Shown: positions 12,426 to 22,694 of the stretch, piece by piece
How the letters are laid out: each line of letters opens with the position of its first letter
Position numbering within the stretch: position 1 is the stretch's first letter
Origin: Pelagibacteraceae bacterium AG-359-O02
Lineage (GTDB): Bacteria; Pseudomonadota; Alphaproteobacteria; Pelagibacterales; Pelagibacteraceae
Assembly (NCBI GenBank): GCA_003280485.1
Contig: QCEU01000004.1
Coordinates: 16,436-80,435, forward strand
Length of the DNA stretch: 64,000 nt
Direction: 5' to 3'
The notes under the pieces: generated by a model
What the model was told of the DNA's origin: nothing
The model's input: the letters and a program-made list of their open reading frames with translations, nothing else
Database searches by the model: none
Translations under genes and position numbers: made by a program

Positions 12426-14972
12426 ATGTTCAACCCACTTAATATATTTTCAAAGCTTATTAAAAGCGGAAATGAAAAGGAACTAGGCCGAATTCAACAA
12501 ATAGTCAATAAAGTTAATCTTTTAGAAAAAGATTTAGAAAATTTATCTGATGAAATGTTCCCAAAAAAAACCAACAAACTAATTGAAGATATTAAAAAAG
12601 GAAAAAGTTTAAATGAAGTATTACCTGAAGCTTTCTCCATGGTCAGGGAAGCCTCTAAAAGAATAAGAAATGAAAGACACTTTGATGTTCAACTAATTGG
12701 TGGTGTTGCAATCCATGAGAACAAAATTGCAGAAATGAAAACTGGAGAAGGTAAAACTTTAACCATAGCTCTTGCTGCTTTCCTTAATGCCCTAGAGAAA
12801 AAAGGTGTCCATATAGTAACTGTAAATGATTATTTAGCAAAGAGAGATAGCGAGAATATGGGTAAGATTTATAATTTTTTAGGTTTAACTTGTGGATATA
12901 TTAATACAGGGCAAGATGATTTGGAGAGAAAAGAAAATTATTCAAAAGATATTACTTATTCTACTAATAGTGAATTGGGCTTCGATTATTTAAGAGATAA
13001 TATGAAATTTTCCAAAGAGACTATGGTTCAAAGAGAACATAATTATGCGATTGTTGATGAAATTGACTCTTGTTTAATTGATGAGGCTAGAACGCCTCTA
13101 ATAATTTCAGGAGCAACGGAAGATAAAACTAATCAATATATAGCTGTTGATAAACTTGTAAAAAATTTAAAAGAAGAAGATTTTGAAATCGATGAAAAGG
13201 ATAGAAATATTTTATTAACTAATAAAGGTGTGGATAATGTTGAAAGTATATTTTCAAATGCTGGAATACTTAAAAATAAAAATTTTTATGATCCAGAAAA
13301 CCTTCATATTGTTCATTTGGTTAATCAATCATTACGTGCCATCCATCTTTTTCAGAGTGGTAGAGATTACATTGTAAAAGATGGCCAAATAATTATAATT
13401 GATGAACAAACAGGTAGACAATTGCCAGGAAGAAGGTTTGGTGATGGTCTTCATCAAAGTCTAGAGGCAAAAGAAAATTTAACAATTAATGCTGAAAATC
13501 AAACTTTAGCATCAATTACCTACCAAAATTTCTTTAAACTTTACAAAAAGATAGCCGGGTGCACTGGTACTGCATTAACTGAGTCAGAGGAGTTTTTTGA
13601 AATTTATAATCTACCAGTAGTATCAATTCCAACCAATAAGCAGATGATAAGAAAAGATTCGAATGATCAAATATTTAGAACTAGTAAAGAAAAAGATGAA
13701 GCAATAATTAGTAAGATTGTTGAATGTAACACAAAAGGACAGCCATTATTAGTTTTCACTTCAAGCATAAATAAATCTGAGCACTTCTCAAATCTATTAG
13801 ATAAAAGAAATATAAAACATACAGTTTTAAATGCGAAAAATCACCAAAGAGAAGCTGAAATTATTGCAGATGCTGGAAAAAGAAACTCAATAATTATTAC
13901 GACAAGTATTTCAGGAAGAGGTGTTGATATCAAATTAGGAGGTCAAGATGAAAGTGATAAAGCTGAAATAAAAAAATTGGGAGGATTGTTTGTTATTGGT
14001 ACAGAAAGAATGGAAAGTAGGAGAGTAGATAATCAAGCAAGAGGAAGATCAGGTAGACAAGGTGATGAAGGTAGTTCTATATTCTATGTAAGTTTAGAGG
14101 ACGATTTAATGAGAATATTTGGGTCTGAGTCTATGAATAATATACTTGAAAAACTTGGACTTAAAGATGGAGAAAGTATAGACCATCCTTGGATAAATAA
14201 GGCATTAGAAAGGGCACAACAAAAAGTTGAGGCAAGAAATTTTGATATTAGAAAAACTCTTTTGAAGTTTGACAATGTTTTAAACGATCAAAGGCAAGTA
14301 ATATTTTCACAAAGAAATGAAGTAATAGAAAATAAAGACCCTAAGCAATATTCTGAAAATTTTCTAGATGAAATAATTGATGATTTGAAACTTAAGAAAA
14401 CAAAAAAGTTAGCCAATGCAGGATCAAATGAAATCAATATGCAATTAAAATCTTTATTTGGAAAATCATTTGAAGAGAGTGAAATTAATGAATTAGTTAA
14501 TCTTGAAAATAGAGCGTTTGAGGAAAAAATAAAAAATAAATTTAAAAGTTCAAGAGAAGAAAGAATAAAAATGTTAAATGAAGAGCAATATAACGAAATA
14601 GAAAAAAGAATTTTTTTACAACTAATTGATCAAAATTGGAAATTACATATTCAATATTTAGAACAATTAAGACAAGTCATTGGTTTAAGATCTTATGGAC
14701 AAAGAGATCCTTTAGTAGAATATAAGAAAGAAGCATTTACACTTTTTGAAAATTTATTAAGTAAACTTAAGTATGATTTAATTACAATTTTGTTTAATTT
14801 AAAGCTTATAGAAAAAAATGATGATCAAAATGACGTTCAAAATGAAAAAAGCATAAATATAAATAATAATCCTAAATGTTTACTTGCAACAAATAGAGAA
14901 GGAAAAATTTCTAGAAACGAAAGATGTGAGGCAACAGGGAAAAAGTTCAAGCATTGTTGTGGTGCTTTATAA
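12426..14972 (+). CDS. secA: Preprotein translocase ATPase SecA
   Basis: MKTGEGKT, VTVNDYLA, DEIDS..IDEARTPL, RSGRQGDEG; C-terminal variant SEC-C motif. Confidence 0.99.
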   Translation: MFNPLNIFSKLIKSGNEKELGRIQQIVNKVNLLEKDLENLSDEMFPKKTNKLIEDIKKGKSLNEVLPEAFSMVREASKRIRNERHFDVQLIGGVAIHENKIAEMKTGEGKTLTIALAAFLNALEKKGVHIVTVNDYLAKRDSENMGKIYNFLGLTCGYINTGQDDLERKENYSKDITYSTNSELGFDYLRDNMKFSKETMVQREHNYAIVDEIDSCLIDEARTPLIISGATEDKTNQYIAVDKLVKNLKEEDFEIDEKDRNILLTNKGVDNVESIFSNAGILKNKNFYDPENLHIVHLVNQSLRAIHLFQSGRDYIVKDGQIIIIDEQTGRQLPGRRFGDGLHQSLEAKENLTINAENQTLASITYQNFFKLYKKIAGCTGTALTESEEFFEIYNLPVVSIPTNKQMIRKDSNDQIFRTSKEKDEAIISKIVECNTKGQPLLVFTSSINKSEHFSNLLDKRNIKHTVLNAKNHQREAEIIADAGKRNSIIITTSISGRGVDIKLGGQDESDKAEIKKLGGLFVIGTERMESRRVDNQARGRSGRQGDEGSSIFYVSLEDDLMRIFGSESMNNILEKLGLKDGESIDHPWINKALERAQQKVEARNFDIRKTLLKFDNVLNDQRQVIFSQRNEVIENKDPKQYSENFLDEIIDDLKLKKTKKLANAGSNEINMQLKSLFGKSFEESEINELVNLENRAFEEKIKNKFKSSREERIKMLNEEQYNEIEKRIFLQLIDQNWKLHIQYLEQLRQVIGLRSYGQRDPLVEYKKEAFTLFENLLSKLKYDLITILFNLKLIEKNDDQNDVQNEKSININNNPKCLLATNREGKISRNERCEATGKKFKHCCGAL

Positions 14973-16073
14973 AAGAATGCTTAAAAATAATATCAATAAA
15001 AGTGCAAAAGATACACCATAATAAATTTTATAATTCTTCTTAAAGTTTTGATTAATACTTTCAAATACATTTGCCTTCATAGATAAATTATTTCTATCAT
15101 TTGATTGAGTTGTAAATCCTTTATTTCTTCCAATTGACAAAAATTTATTTTTTCTATGAGTAAGAATTTCATCTTTATCCATTGTCTGAAAAAAATCTAA
15201 ATTTTTCTTTAATGAATCTCTTACATTATCCAATATTAGATCTTTATCTCGATGAGCACCACCAACTGGTTCTGGAATTATTTCGTCAATTATATTTAAC
15301 TTTAAAAGGTCGCTAGATGACATTTTCATTGCAGTTGCAGCCTCTAAAGTTTTTTTTGGGTCTCTCCATAAAATGGTAGCACATCCTTCTGGAGAAATGA
15401 CAGAGTATATTGCATTTTGAAGCATTATTACTTTATTAGACGATGCTAAAGCAATTGCTCCACCAGACCCTCCTTCGCCAATTATTATCGCAATTGTAGG
15501 GACTGTTAACTTCATAGAGCATTCAATAGATTTTGCTATTGCTTCGGCTTGACCTCTTTCCTCAGCGCCAACTCCTGGATATGCTCCTGGAGTATCTACA
15601 ATAGAAATAATTGGAATTTTAAACTTGTTAGCTAACTCCATAAGTCTAATTGTTTTTCTGTAACCCTCTGGTCTCATCATACCAAAATTGTGATCTATTC
15701 TTTTATTAAGATCTGATCCCTTTTCTTGACCAATTACTAAAACAGATTTACCATCAAATTTTGCAAAACCAGCTATAACAGCTTTATCTTCACCATAATA
15801 TCTATCTCCAGAAAGTTGAATAAAGTCATCAAAAAGATTTTCAACAAAAAATTTTGCTTTAGGTCTATCTTCATGACGAGCAACCAATGCTGTCTGCCAT
15901 GGATCTAGGTTAGAATAAATTTTCTCTAACTTTTCATTTATTTCTTCTTCAACTTTGCTTATTCTTGAAGTATCGACTTCAGACAAACCTTCCTGATTAT
16001 AGGGGTCTTTTAGTTTATCTAATTCCTTCTCAAGATTTTTAATATCTGTCTCAAAATTTAGGTAATTTTTCAT
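14967..16073 (-). CDS. accA: Acetyl-CoA carboxylase carboxyltransferase alpha subunit, with C-terminal hydrophobic extension
   Basis: NFGMMRPEGYRK, DTPGAYPG, GEGGSGGA, YSVISPEGCATILW. Confidence 0.97.
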   Translation of the reverse strand: MKNYLNFETDIKNLEKELDKLKDPYNQEGLSEVDTSRISKVEEEINEKLEKIYSNLDPWQTALVARHEDRPKAKFFVENLFDDFIQLSGDRYYGEDKAVIAGFAKFDGKSVLVIGQEKGSDLNKRIDHNFGMMRPEGYRKTIRLMELANKFKIPIISIVDTPGAYPGVGAEERGQAEAIAKSIECSMKLTVPTIAIIIGEGGSGGAIALASSNKVIMLQNAIYSVISPEGCATILWRDPKKTLEAATAMKMSSSDLLKLNIIDEIIPEPVGGAHRDKDLILDNVRDSLKKNLDFFQTMDKDEILTHRKNKFLSIGRNKGFTTQSNDRNNLSMKANVFESINQNFKKNYKIYYGVSFALLLILFLSILL

Positions 16074-16130
16074 TTAAGTCTGTATTATAAACAAAAAAAG
16101 GCAATAAATTGTTAAAATAAGTAATTTTGA

Positions 16131-16158
16131 TTGCGCAAAAATGACAATTTATTATAAG
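16131..16158 (+). promoter_or_regulatory. Putative glcB promoter TTGCGC-N16-TATAAG
   Basis: Hexamers at 16131-16136 and 16153-16158; ATG 11 nt downstream. Confidence 0.5.
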
Positions 16159-16169
16159 ATTTTCAATTT

Positions 16170-18320
16170 ATGAGAGAGCAATACATCAAAATCCACAACT
16201 TATCTGTAGCAAAAGAACTAGCTGATTTTGTCAAAAATGAGCTTTTACTGGATACTAATGTAGGTCCTAACGAGTTCTGGAAAGGTTTTGACAAGGTGGT
16301 GCATGAATTAGCGCCTAAAAATAAAAAATTACTCGAAATCAGAGAAACATTACAACAAGAAATAGATCTGTGGCATAAAAAAAATAGAGACAACAAGATT
16401 GACTATAATAAATATAAAAATTTTTTGGAAGAAATAGGTTATTTAAAAAAAGAAGGTGAAGATTTTAAAATAGCAACTAAAAATTTAGATGAAGAAATAT
16501 CTTATATAGCAGGACCACAATTAGTTGTTCCAATAATGAACTCTAGATATAGCTTGAATGCTGCTAATGCAAGATGGGTAAGTTTATATGATAGTCTTTA
16601 TGGATCAAATATAATAGAGTCTGAAGAAAGTGGAAGTGAAAAATATGATCCTTTAAGAGGACAAGAAGTAATTAAATACACTAGAAACTTTTTAAATAAA
16701 TATTTTCCAATAAATAATCTTGACTGGAAAGATATTACTGGTTTAGCAGTAAATAATAAAAAGCTTTCAATTTATAAGGAAAATAAAGAATATAATTTAT
16801 CAGATTTAGAGAAGTTTATTGGTCATAGAGGGGATGCAGCCAAACCAAATGCTATAATCTTAAAAAATAATAATCTTCATCTTGAAATAATTATTAATCC
16901 TAGAGCATTTAGTGCTGCAAGAGATGCTGCTGGGATAAGCGATATTATAGTTGAGTCTGCTGTTTCAACAATATGTGACCATGAAGATAGTGTAGCCGCA
17001 GTAGATGCTGAAGATAAAGTAATTTGTTATAGAAATTGGTTAGGATTGATGAAAGGAAATTTAAAATCAATATTTGAGAAAAATGGTAAAGAATTAGAAA
17101 GAAAACTTAATCCAGATAGGAGTTACACTTCATTGAATGGTGAAAAGTTAAAACTTCACGGAAGAAGTCTTTTACTTGTGAGAAACGTTGGACATTTAAT
17201 GACAAACCCTGCAATCACTTTAAATGATGGATCAGAAGTACCTGAGGGAATAATGGATGCTTTCATAACCTCAGCAGCTTGTATTCATGATTTGAAAAGA
17301 AAAGGTAATTCAAGAGAAGGATCAATTTATATTGTTAAACCAAAAATGCATGGGCCAGAAGAAACAGAATTCGCTAATTTAATTTTTACAAAAGTCGAAG
17401 AGGTTTTAAAATTAGAAAAAAATACAATTAAGTGTGGAATTATGGATGAAGAAAGAAGAACATCTGCAAACCTTAAAGAATGTATTAGAACACTTAAAGA
17501 TAGAGTATTTTTTATAAACACTGGATTTTTAGATAGAACTGGTGATGAGATGCATACCTCAATGGAAGCTGGACCAATGATCAAAAAAGGAGATATGAAA
17601 GCGTCTAAATGGATTAAAACCTATGAGGACAATAACGTAGATATAGGCTTAAAATGTGGTTTTTCAGGAGTTGCTCAAATAGGTAAAGGAATGTGGGCTA
17701 TGCCAGACAAAATGAACGAAATGATGGAACAAAAAATTGGACATGTGAATGCTGGCGCAAATTGTGCTTGGGTTCCTTCCCCAACTGCCGCTGCATTGCA
17801 TGTTATGCACTATCATGAAGTAAATGTTTTTGAAAAACAAAAAGCAATATTAAAAAGAGAGCCATCAAAGTTATCTGATCTTCTAGCTATTCCAATAGCA
17901 GATCGTCCTAATTGGTCTGTGGATGAAATTAATAATGAAATTTCAAATTCTGCTCAAACTATTTTAGGTTATGTAGTTAGATGGATTGATCAAGGTATAG
18001 GTTGTTCCAAAGTCCCGGATATAAATGATATTGGATTAATGGAAGATAGAGCAACCTTAAGAATTTCATCTCAACATATTGCTAATTGGCTTCATCATGG
18101 CTTGTGTTCGAATAGACAAGTTCTTGAAATTTTAAAAAAAATGGCAAAAGTTGTAGATAAACAGAATAAAGATGACTCTAATTACGAAAGTATGTCACCG
18201 GATTATGATAAATCTATTGCTTTTAAAGCAGCATGTGAATTAATATTTCATGGAAAATCACAGCCTTCTGGTTATACAGAGCCACTTTTACATTTAAACA
18301 GATTAATTAAAAAAAGCTAA
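16170..18320 (+). CDS. glcB: Malate synthase G
   Basis: [62 protein letters not shown]; 716 aa. Confidence 0.98.
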   Translation: MREQYIKIHNLSVAKELADFVKNELLLDTNVGPNEFWKGFDKVVHELAPKNKKLLEIRETLQQEIDLWHKKNRDNKIDYNKYKNFLEEIGYLKKEGEDFKIATKNLDEEISYIAGPQLVVPIMNSRYSLNAANARWVSLYDSLYGSNIIESEESGSEKYDPLRGQEVIKYTRNFLNKYFPINNLDWKDITGLAVNNKKLSIYKENKEYNLSDLEKFIGHRGDAAKPNAIILKNNNLHLEIIINPRAFSAARDAAGISDIIVESAVSTICDHEDSVAAVDAEDKVICYRNWLGLMKGNLKSIFEKNGKELERKLNPDRSYTSLNGEKLKLHGRSLLLVRNVGHLMTNPAITLNDGSEVPEGIMDAFITSAACIHDLKRKGNSREGSIYIVKPKMHGPEETEFANLIFTKVEEVLKLEKNTIKCGIMDEERRTSANLKECIRTLKDRVFFINTGFLDRTGDEMHTSMEAGPMIKKGDMKASKWIKTYEDNNVDIGLKCGFSGVAQIGKGMWAMPDKMNEMMEQKIGHVNAGANCAWVPSPTAAALHVMHYHEVNVFEKQKAILKREPSKLSDLLAIPIADRPNWSVDEINNEISNSAQTILGYVVRWIDQGIGCSKVPDINDIGLMEDRATLRISSQHIANWLHHGLCSNRQVLEILKKMAKVVDKQNKDDSNYESMSPDYDKSIAFKAACELIFHGKSQPSGYTEPLLHLNRLIKKS

Positions 18321-18932
18321 TTAAGCCTCTATCTTTTTTCTATTTTTAAATGCAGATATAAGAGTACCATCATCTAAATTTTCGATTTCTCCACCTACTG
18401 GTAAACCTTGGGCTAGTTTTGAAACTTTGACGTCAGTTTTTTTTAGACTATCTTGAATATAAAATGCTGTTGTTTGACCTTCTACAGTTGCGCTAGTTGC
18501 TAAAATTACTTCTTCAATATCATCTTTATTTATTCTCTCTATAAGAGAGTTAACAAGCAAGTCCTCTCTATTACTATTATTATTGTTTGAGAGAGTTCCA
18601 CCTAATATATGGAAGTAACCTTGAAAAATTGAAGAACTTTCTATTGCCCACTGATCTGAAATATTTTCTACAACACAAATTTTATTATATTTTTTATCTA
18701 CTATTTCACAATTATTATAACTACACACAATTGTACTAGGTTTTAATGTTCCACATATTTTACATCTAACAACATTTTTAAAAACTTCACTCAAATTTTG
18801 AGCCAAGGGCTTTAGTAATTCTTGACGGTTATTAATCATTTTTAATATTATTCTTTTTGCAGACTTAGGTCCTAGCCCTGGTAATTTAGATATTAGTTTA
18901 ATTAAATTTTCTATTTCAGGAATATTTTGCAT
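18321..18932 (-). CDS. recR: Recombination mediator RecR
   Basis: LPGLGPKSAKR HhH, Cys cluster, Toprim EVILAT..TVEGQTTA, AQGLPVGGE. Confidence 0.96.
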   Translation of the reverse strand: MQNIPEIENLIKLISKLPGLGPKSAKRIILKMINNRQELLKPLAQNLSEVFKNVVRCKICGTLKPSTIVCSYNNCEIVDKKYNKICVVENISDQWAIESSSIFQGYFHILGGTLSNNNNSNREDLLVNSLIERINKDDIEEVILATSATVEGQTTAFYIQDSLKKTDVKVSKLAQGLPVGGEIENLDDGTLISAFKNRKKIEA

Positions 18933-18937
18933 TTAAA

Positions 18938-19255
18938 TTATAAAGGCCACTTAAATCCAGGTATTCCAAAGTTTCCTGAAGCCTTAGAAATTTCCTCTGC
19001 TGTTTTTGATTTAAGTTGTGATTTTGCGTTATTGTGAGCAGCAGTAATAAGATCCTCTAATATTACTTTTTCTTCTTTTAAAACATTTTCACTAAGTTTA
19101 ATTGAAATCATAGTGCCCTCTCCATTTAAAGTAACTATTACATCATTAGCTCCCGAGACACCTTCAACCTCTATCTTTTTAATGTTTTCTTGGCTTTCTT
19201 TCATTTTGCTCTCAATTTCTTTTGCTTTTTCCATTAATTTTGAAAAATCTGTCAT
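18938..19255 (-). CDS. ybaB: YbaB/EbfC nucleoid-associated protein
   Basis: EVEGVSG..., LEDLITAAHNNA; lies between dnaX and recR. Confidence 0.93.
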   Translation of the reverse strand: MTDFSKLMEKAKEIESKMKESQENIKKIEVEGVSGANDVIVTLNGEGTMISIKLSENVLKEEKVILEDLITAAHNNAKSQLKSKTAEEISKASGNFGIPGFKWPL

Positions 19256-19256
19256 T

Positions 19257-20888
19257 CTAATCCTCTTTCAACTCAACATTTATTAATTCTGCATCAGGAA
19301 ATACTTCGATCACTTTTTTATATGCTTCAGACTTTTTAACATCATCAAATATTTTTTTCTCATCAATTTTATTTTTTTCTTTTTTTGAAAATTGTCCTTG
19401 GTTTTTTGATAGAGAGATAATCCATCTCTTAGATGTCCATTCGTACAGTTTGTTAGATAGATTTTTAATAAAGTCTTTATCTAAGTTTTCATTAAAAGAT
19501 ATTTCTATTAAACCCTCAGAGAATGAAACTAAATTTGCATTAGTTTCAAGCTCATATTTAAGCTTAGCCTCTTTCCTTTTCGTACATAGATTTATCAAGC
19601 TTTCAAATGAACCTATTTTAAGTTCATTAATTACTTCATCTTTATTTAAATTTGGTTCAATTTTTTCTTGTTGTGAAATATTTTTGATTTGATCTATTGT
19701 TTTACTTGTAATTTTTTTTTCAGATTCTTTAATTAAATTATCTGGATTTTTTCTGGTAAAGCTTTCCTCAACATCTTTCTCTTTAAAACCTTTTATTCTC
19801 ATTAATCTAAAAAGGAACATTTCAACTGATAAATTTGGATTTGAAACTATGTTAATTTCCTCAATTGTATCAAGTGTAAATTGCCAAAAAAGGATTATGT
19901 CCTTTGAATCTAAATTTTTAGATATTGTGGAAAGATTACTAAAATCTTGGTCATTCAAAGAAAAATTATTTCCTTCTAATTTTATAAAATTAATATTTTT
20001 TAGGTAATATAAAACCTCAAGAAAATCATTCAAAAAAATTTTTGGATCTACACCAGAATCATAAATCTTTCTATACAACTCAAATACTTTTTTTTCATCA
20101 CCACTAAACAGATTTTTAATTAATTCTATCAGAGAGCTTTTATCAAAGTATCCATAAATACTTTGTGCTTTGTCTAGATTTAATTCCTCATCATTTTGAT
20201 TGGCTACAAGTCCACGATCTAACAAAGATAATGCATCTCTAACAGATCCTTCCGAAATTTTAACAATTAATTTTAAAGCTTCATCAGAAACTTTACCACC
20301 TTCTTTATCTTTAATCATTTTTATATACTTAAAAAGCTCTTCAGATTTTACTCTAGAGAGATCAAAACGCTGACATCTCGATATTACTGTTACAGGTATC
20401 TTTTTGATTTCGGTTGTTGCAAAAATAAATTTTAAATATTTTGGTGGTTCCTCTAATGTTTTTAAAAGTGCGTTAAATGCTTGCTTACTTAACATATGAA
20501 CTTCATCAATAATAAATATTTTATATTTAGCGGTTGTTGGTCCATATCTTGAAAATTCAATAAGTTCTCTGACATCATCAACGCCAGTCTTACTTGCAGC
20601 ATCCATTTCCAAAACATCAATATGATTTGAGTTTGTAATTGCATCACAATTACTACATTTTTTCTTACACATATTTTCAATTCCATGCTCACAATTTAAT
20701 GACTTTGCAACTATTCTTGCGAAGGTTGTTTTTCCTACTCCCCTGATACCTGTAAACAAGAATGCATTAGGTGACTTGTCTGAAATTATTGAATTTTTAA
20801 TTGTTTCAGCAATGATCTCTTGGCCAATTAAATCCTCAAATACTTGAGGTCTATATTTTAAAGCTAGTACTTTCGAATTTTCTGTCAT
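19257..20888 (-). CDS. dnaX: DNA polymerase III subunit gamma/tau (start corrected to ATG 20888)
   Basis: LALKYRPQ, GIRGVGKTT, DEVHMLS, SRC. The track start at 20906 lies inside the SRP RNA. Confidence 0.97.
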   Translation of the reverse strand: MTENSKVLALKYRPQVFEDLIGQEIIAETIKNSIISDKSPNAFLFTGIRGVGKTTFARIVAKSLNCEHGIENMCKKKCSNCDAITNSNHIDVLEMDAASKTGVDDVRELIEFSRYGPTTAKYKIFIIDEVHMLSKQAFNALLKTLEEPPKYLKFIFATTEIKKIPVTVISRCQRFDLSRVKSEELFKYIKMIKDKEGGKVSDEALKLIVKISEGSVRDALSLLDRGLVANQNDEELNLDKAQSIYGYFDKSSLIELIKNLFSGDEKKVFELYRKIYDSGVDPKIFLNDFLEVLYYLKNINFIKLEGNNFSLNDQDFSNLSTISKNLDSKDIILFWQFTLDTIEEINIVSNPNLSVEMFLFRLMRIKGFKEKDVEESFTRKNPDNLIKESEKKITSKTIDQIKNISQQEKIEPNLNKDEVINELKIGSFESLINLCTKRKEAKLKYELETNANLVSFSEGLIEISFNENLDKDFIKNLSNKLYEWTSKRWIISLSKNQGQFSKKEKNKIDEKKIFDDVKKSEAYKKVIEVFPDAELINVELKED

Positions 20889-20893
20889 TTTAA

Positions 20894-20980
20894 GGAGACC
20901 AACCAACCTGGAAAATACTCACTACCCTTGCTATCTTTCGATCCTAGGGGATTTGTGGTAACACCACCTGATTGGCCTCC
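20894..20980 (-). ncRNA. ffs: Signal recognition particle RNA (4.5S)
   Basis: Long hairpin GGAGGCCAAUC...GGUUGGUCUCC enclosing the helix-8 motif CCCUAGGAUC-GAAA-GAUAGCAAGGG. ffs upstream of dnaX is a common arrangement. Confidence 0.9.
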
Positions 20981-20986
20981 AACTTT

Positions 20987-21016
20987 ATTATATCAATAAA
21001 AATTTCTATTCCACAA
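20987..21016 (-). promoter_or_regulatory. Putative ffs promoter, extended -10 TGaTATAAT
   Basis: TATAAT at 20992-20987, 6 nt before the ffs 5' stem; TTGTGG 18 nt further upstream. Confidence 0.55.
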
Positions 21017-21029
21017 GAAAGTTATGAAT

Positions 21030-21857
21030 TTATTTTTGTCTAAATTTGTCGGATTTATAAACACCTAGAACGTGCATATCTTGACAATGCAGACCCAATT
21101 CCTCAAGTGAGTTTTTGATTTTAGGAGACTCTATATGTCCGTCAATATCACATAGAAAAAAGTATGAGGAAAATGAGTTCTTTTCGGGAAAACTTTGTAA
21201 TTTACTCATATTAACTCCATTTATTGCAAATCCTGAAAGAGCAGAGTAAAGAGCAGCAGGTTTACTTTTCAACTTAAATAATATCGATGTTATATGATTA
21301 TTATCAGAAAAATCTGGCTGAAAAATATCTTTACCAAGTAATAAAAATCTAGTTACGTTATCTTTATCATCTTGGACATTTTCTTGCAGAATTTTAAGAC
21401 CATATATTTCAGCACTTAAACTAGAAGCTATAGCAGCTTTAGATTTGTCTTTAGTTTCTGAAACAAATTTTGCTGAACCAGCTGTATCCGCTCTAACATT
21501 TTCTGTGAATTTTTTTTTCTTAATAAAACTTGAGGATTGACTTAATGCTTGTGCGTGTGAGTAAACATCTTTTATGTCTTCTATTTTAGCATCTTTTAAT
21601 CCTAATAGATTATGATTAATTGGAAAAAAATGTTCTGCATAAATATTTAATCTGTATTTAAAGATTAAATACTCGACACCAATATTTCCAGTTGTTTTAT
21701 TTGACTCTGGAATTAAAGATTTTATTGAATTATCTTCACTAGACCTTTCAAAGCATTCATCAAATGTTTTGCAGGGTATTGTTTCACTCTCTGGATACAT
21801 TTTTTTAGCGCAACTTTCGCTATAACTTCCTGCAACACCTTGATAAGCAATTTTCAT
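21030..21857 (-). CDS. pheA: Prephenate dehydratase (PDT-ACT)
   Basis: IAYQGVAGSYS, SHAQALSQ, DTAGSA, NVTRF, ACT domain. Confidence 0.95.
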   Translation of the reverse strand: MKIAYQGVAGSYSESCAKKMYPESETIPCKTFDECFERSSEDNSIKSLIPESNKTTGNIGVEYLIFKYRLNIYAEHFFPINHNLLGLKDAKIEDIKDVYSHAQALSQSSSFIKKKKFTENVRADTAGSAKFVSETKDKSKAAIASSLSAEIYGLKILQENVQDDKDNVTRFLLLGKDIFQPDFSDNNHITSILFKLKSKPAALYSALSGFAINGVNMSKLQSFPEKNSFSSYFFLCDIDGHIESPKIKNSLEELGLHCQDMHVLGVYKSDKFRQK

Positions 21858-21860
21858 AAT

Positions 21861-22598
21861 TTAATTTTTATATTCCATAATTTTTTTTATTTCTAGATAA
21901 TCTTCAGTAGTATCTACACTAATTGGTTTAGTTTTTGCTAATCCAACCTCTATTTCAATATTGTTATCCATTAGTCTTAATTGTTCTAGTTTTTGCAATT
22001 TTTCATTATGAGTTTGCTCTAATTGAACAAACCTTTCTAAATATGAAACATTATAAATATATATTCCAATATGGTGGTAAATGTTTTTTTGCGTATTTTT
22101 AATTTCTCTCGTGAATGATGTTGCCATTGATAAATTATTTTGATGAAGTTCCTCTTTTGTGGTTACTTTTACAACATTTTTGTTTAAGAAAAATTTTTCG
22201 TCTTTAATTTGACAAGCTAATGTTGAAATTTTAGTTTTTTTTTTAATAGTTTTTTTAAGAAGATTAGTAACATCCTCAATATCAAGCATTGGTTCATCTC
22301 CTTGAAGATTTATTACATATTCAATATTGTCATCTCTTAACTGTTGATAAGCCTCAAAAATTCTGTCGGTACCAGTTTTATGATCTTTTTTTGTTAAAAT
22401 ACATTTTCCTCCAATCTTAATAACTTCTTCAAATATTTCTTTATCACCTGTTGCAACATAACTTTCTCCAATAAGTGATGATTTTGCAATTTTATAAACA
22501 TGATTGATAATTGAAATATTATTGATTTTTAATAAAGGTTTATTTGGTAACCTTGTTGCAGCCAATCTTGATGGGATTAAAATTACTGTATTGCTCAT
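21861..22598 (-). CDS. kdsB: 3-deoxy-manno-octulosonate cytidylyltransferase
   Basis: IPSRLAATRLPNKPL, TGTDR, INLQGDEP, HIGIY, LEQLR. Confidence 0.96.
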   Translation of the reverse strand: MSNTVILIPSRLAATRLPNKPLLKINNISIINHVYKIAKSSLIGESYVATGDKEIFEEVIKIGGKCILTKKDHKTGTDRIFEAYQQLRDDNIEYVINLQGDEPMLDIEDVTNLLKKTIKKKTKISTLACQIKDEKFFLNKNVVKVTTKEELHQNNLSMATSFTREIKNTQKNIYHHIGIYIYNVSYLERFVQLEQTHNEKLQKLEQLRLMDNNIEIEVGLAKTKPISVDTTEDYLEIKKIMEYKN

Positions 22599-22694
22599 AA
22601 ACTAAGTATTATGCGTCTTTCAGACGCAATAATTAAATTTAAATTTAGTTTTTTTTTTGTTTAACATGTTATACGAGGATAATAATTAAAAATC

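Noticed and set aside
19370-19390. Slippery A-runs in dnaX (gamma/tau frameshift)
   Set aside because: A-runs are ubiquitous here, these lie too near the C-terminus, and no stimulatory hairpin or upstream SD is evident.
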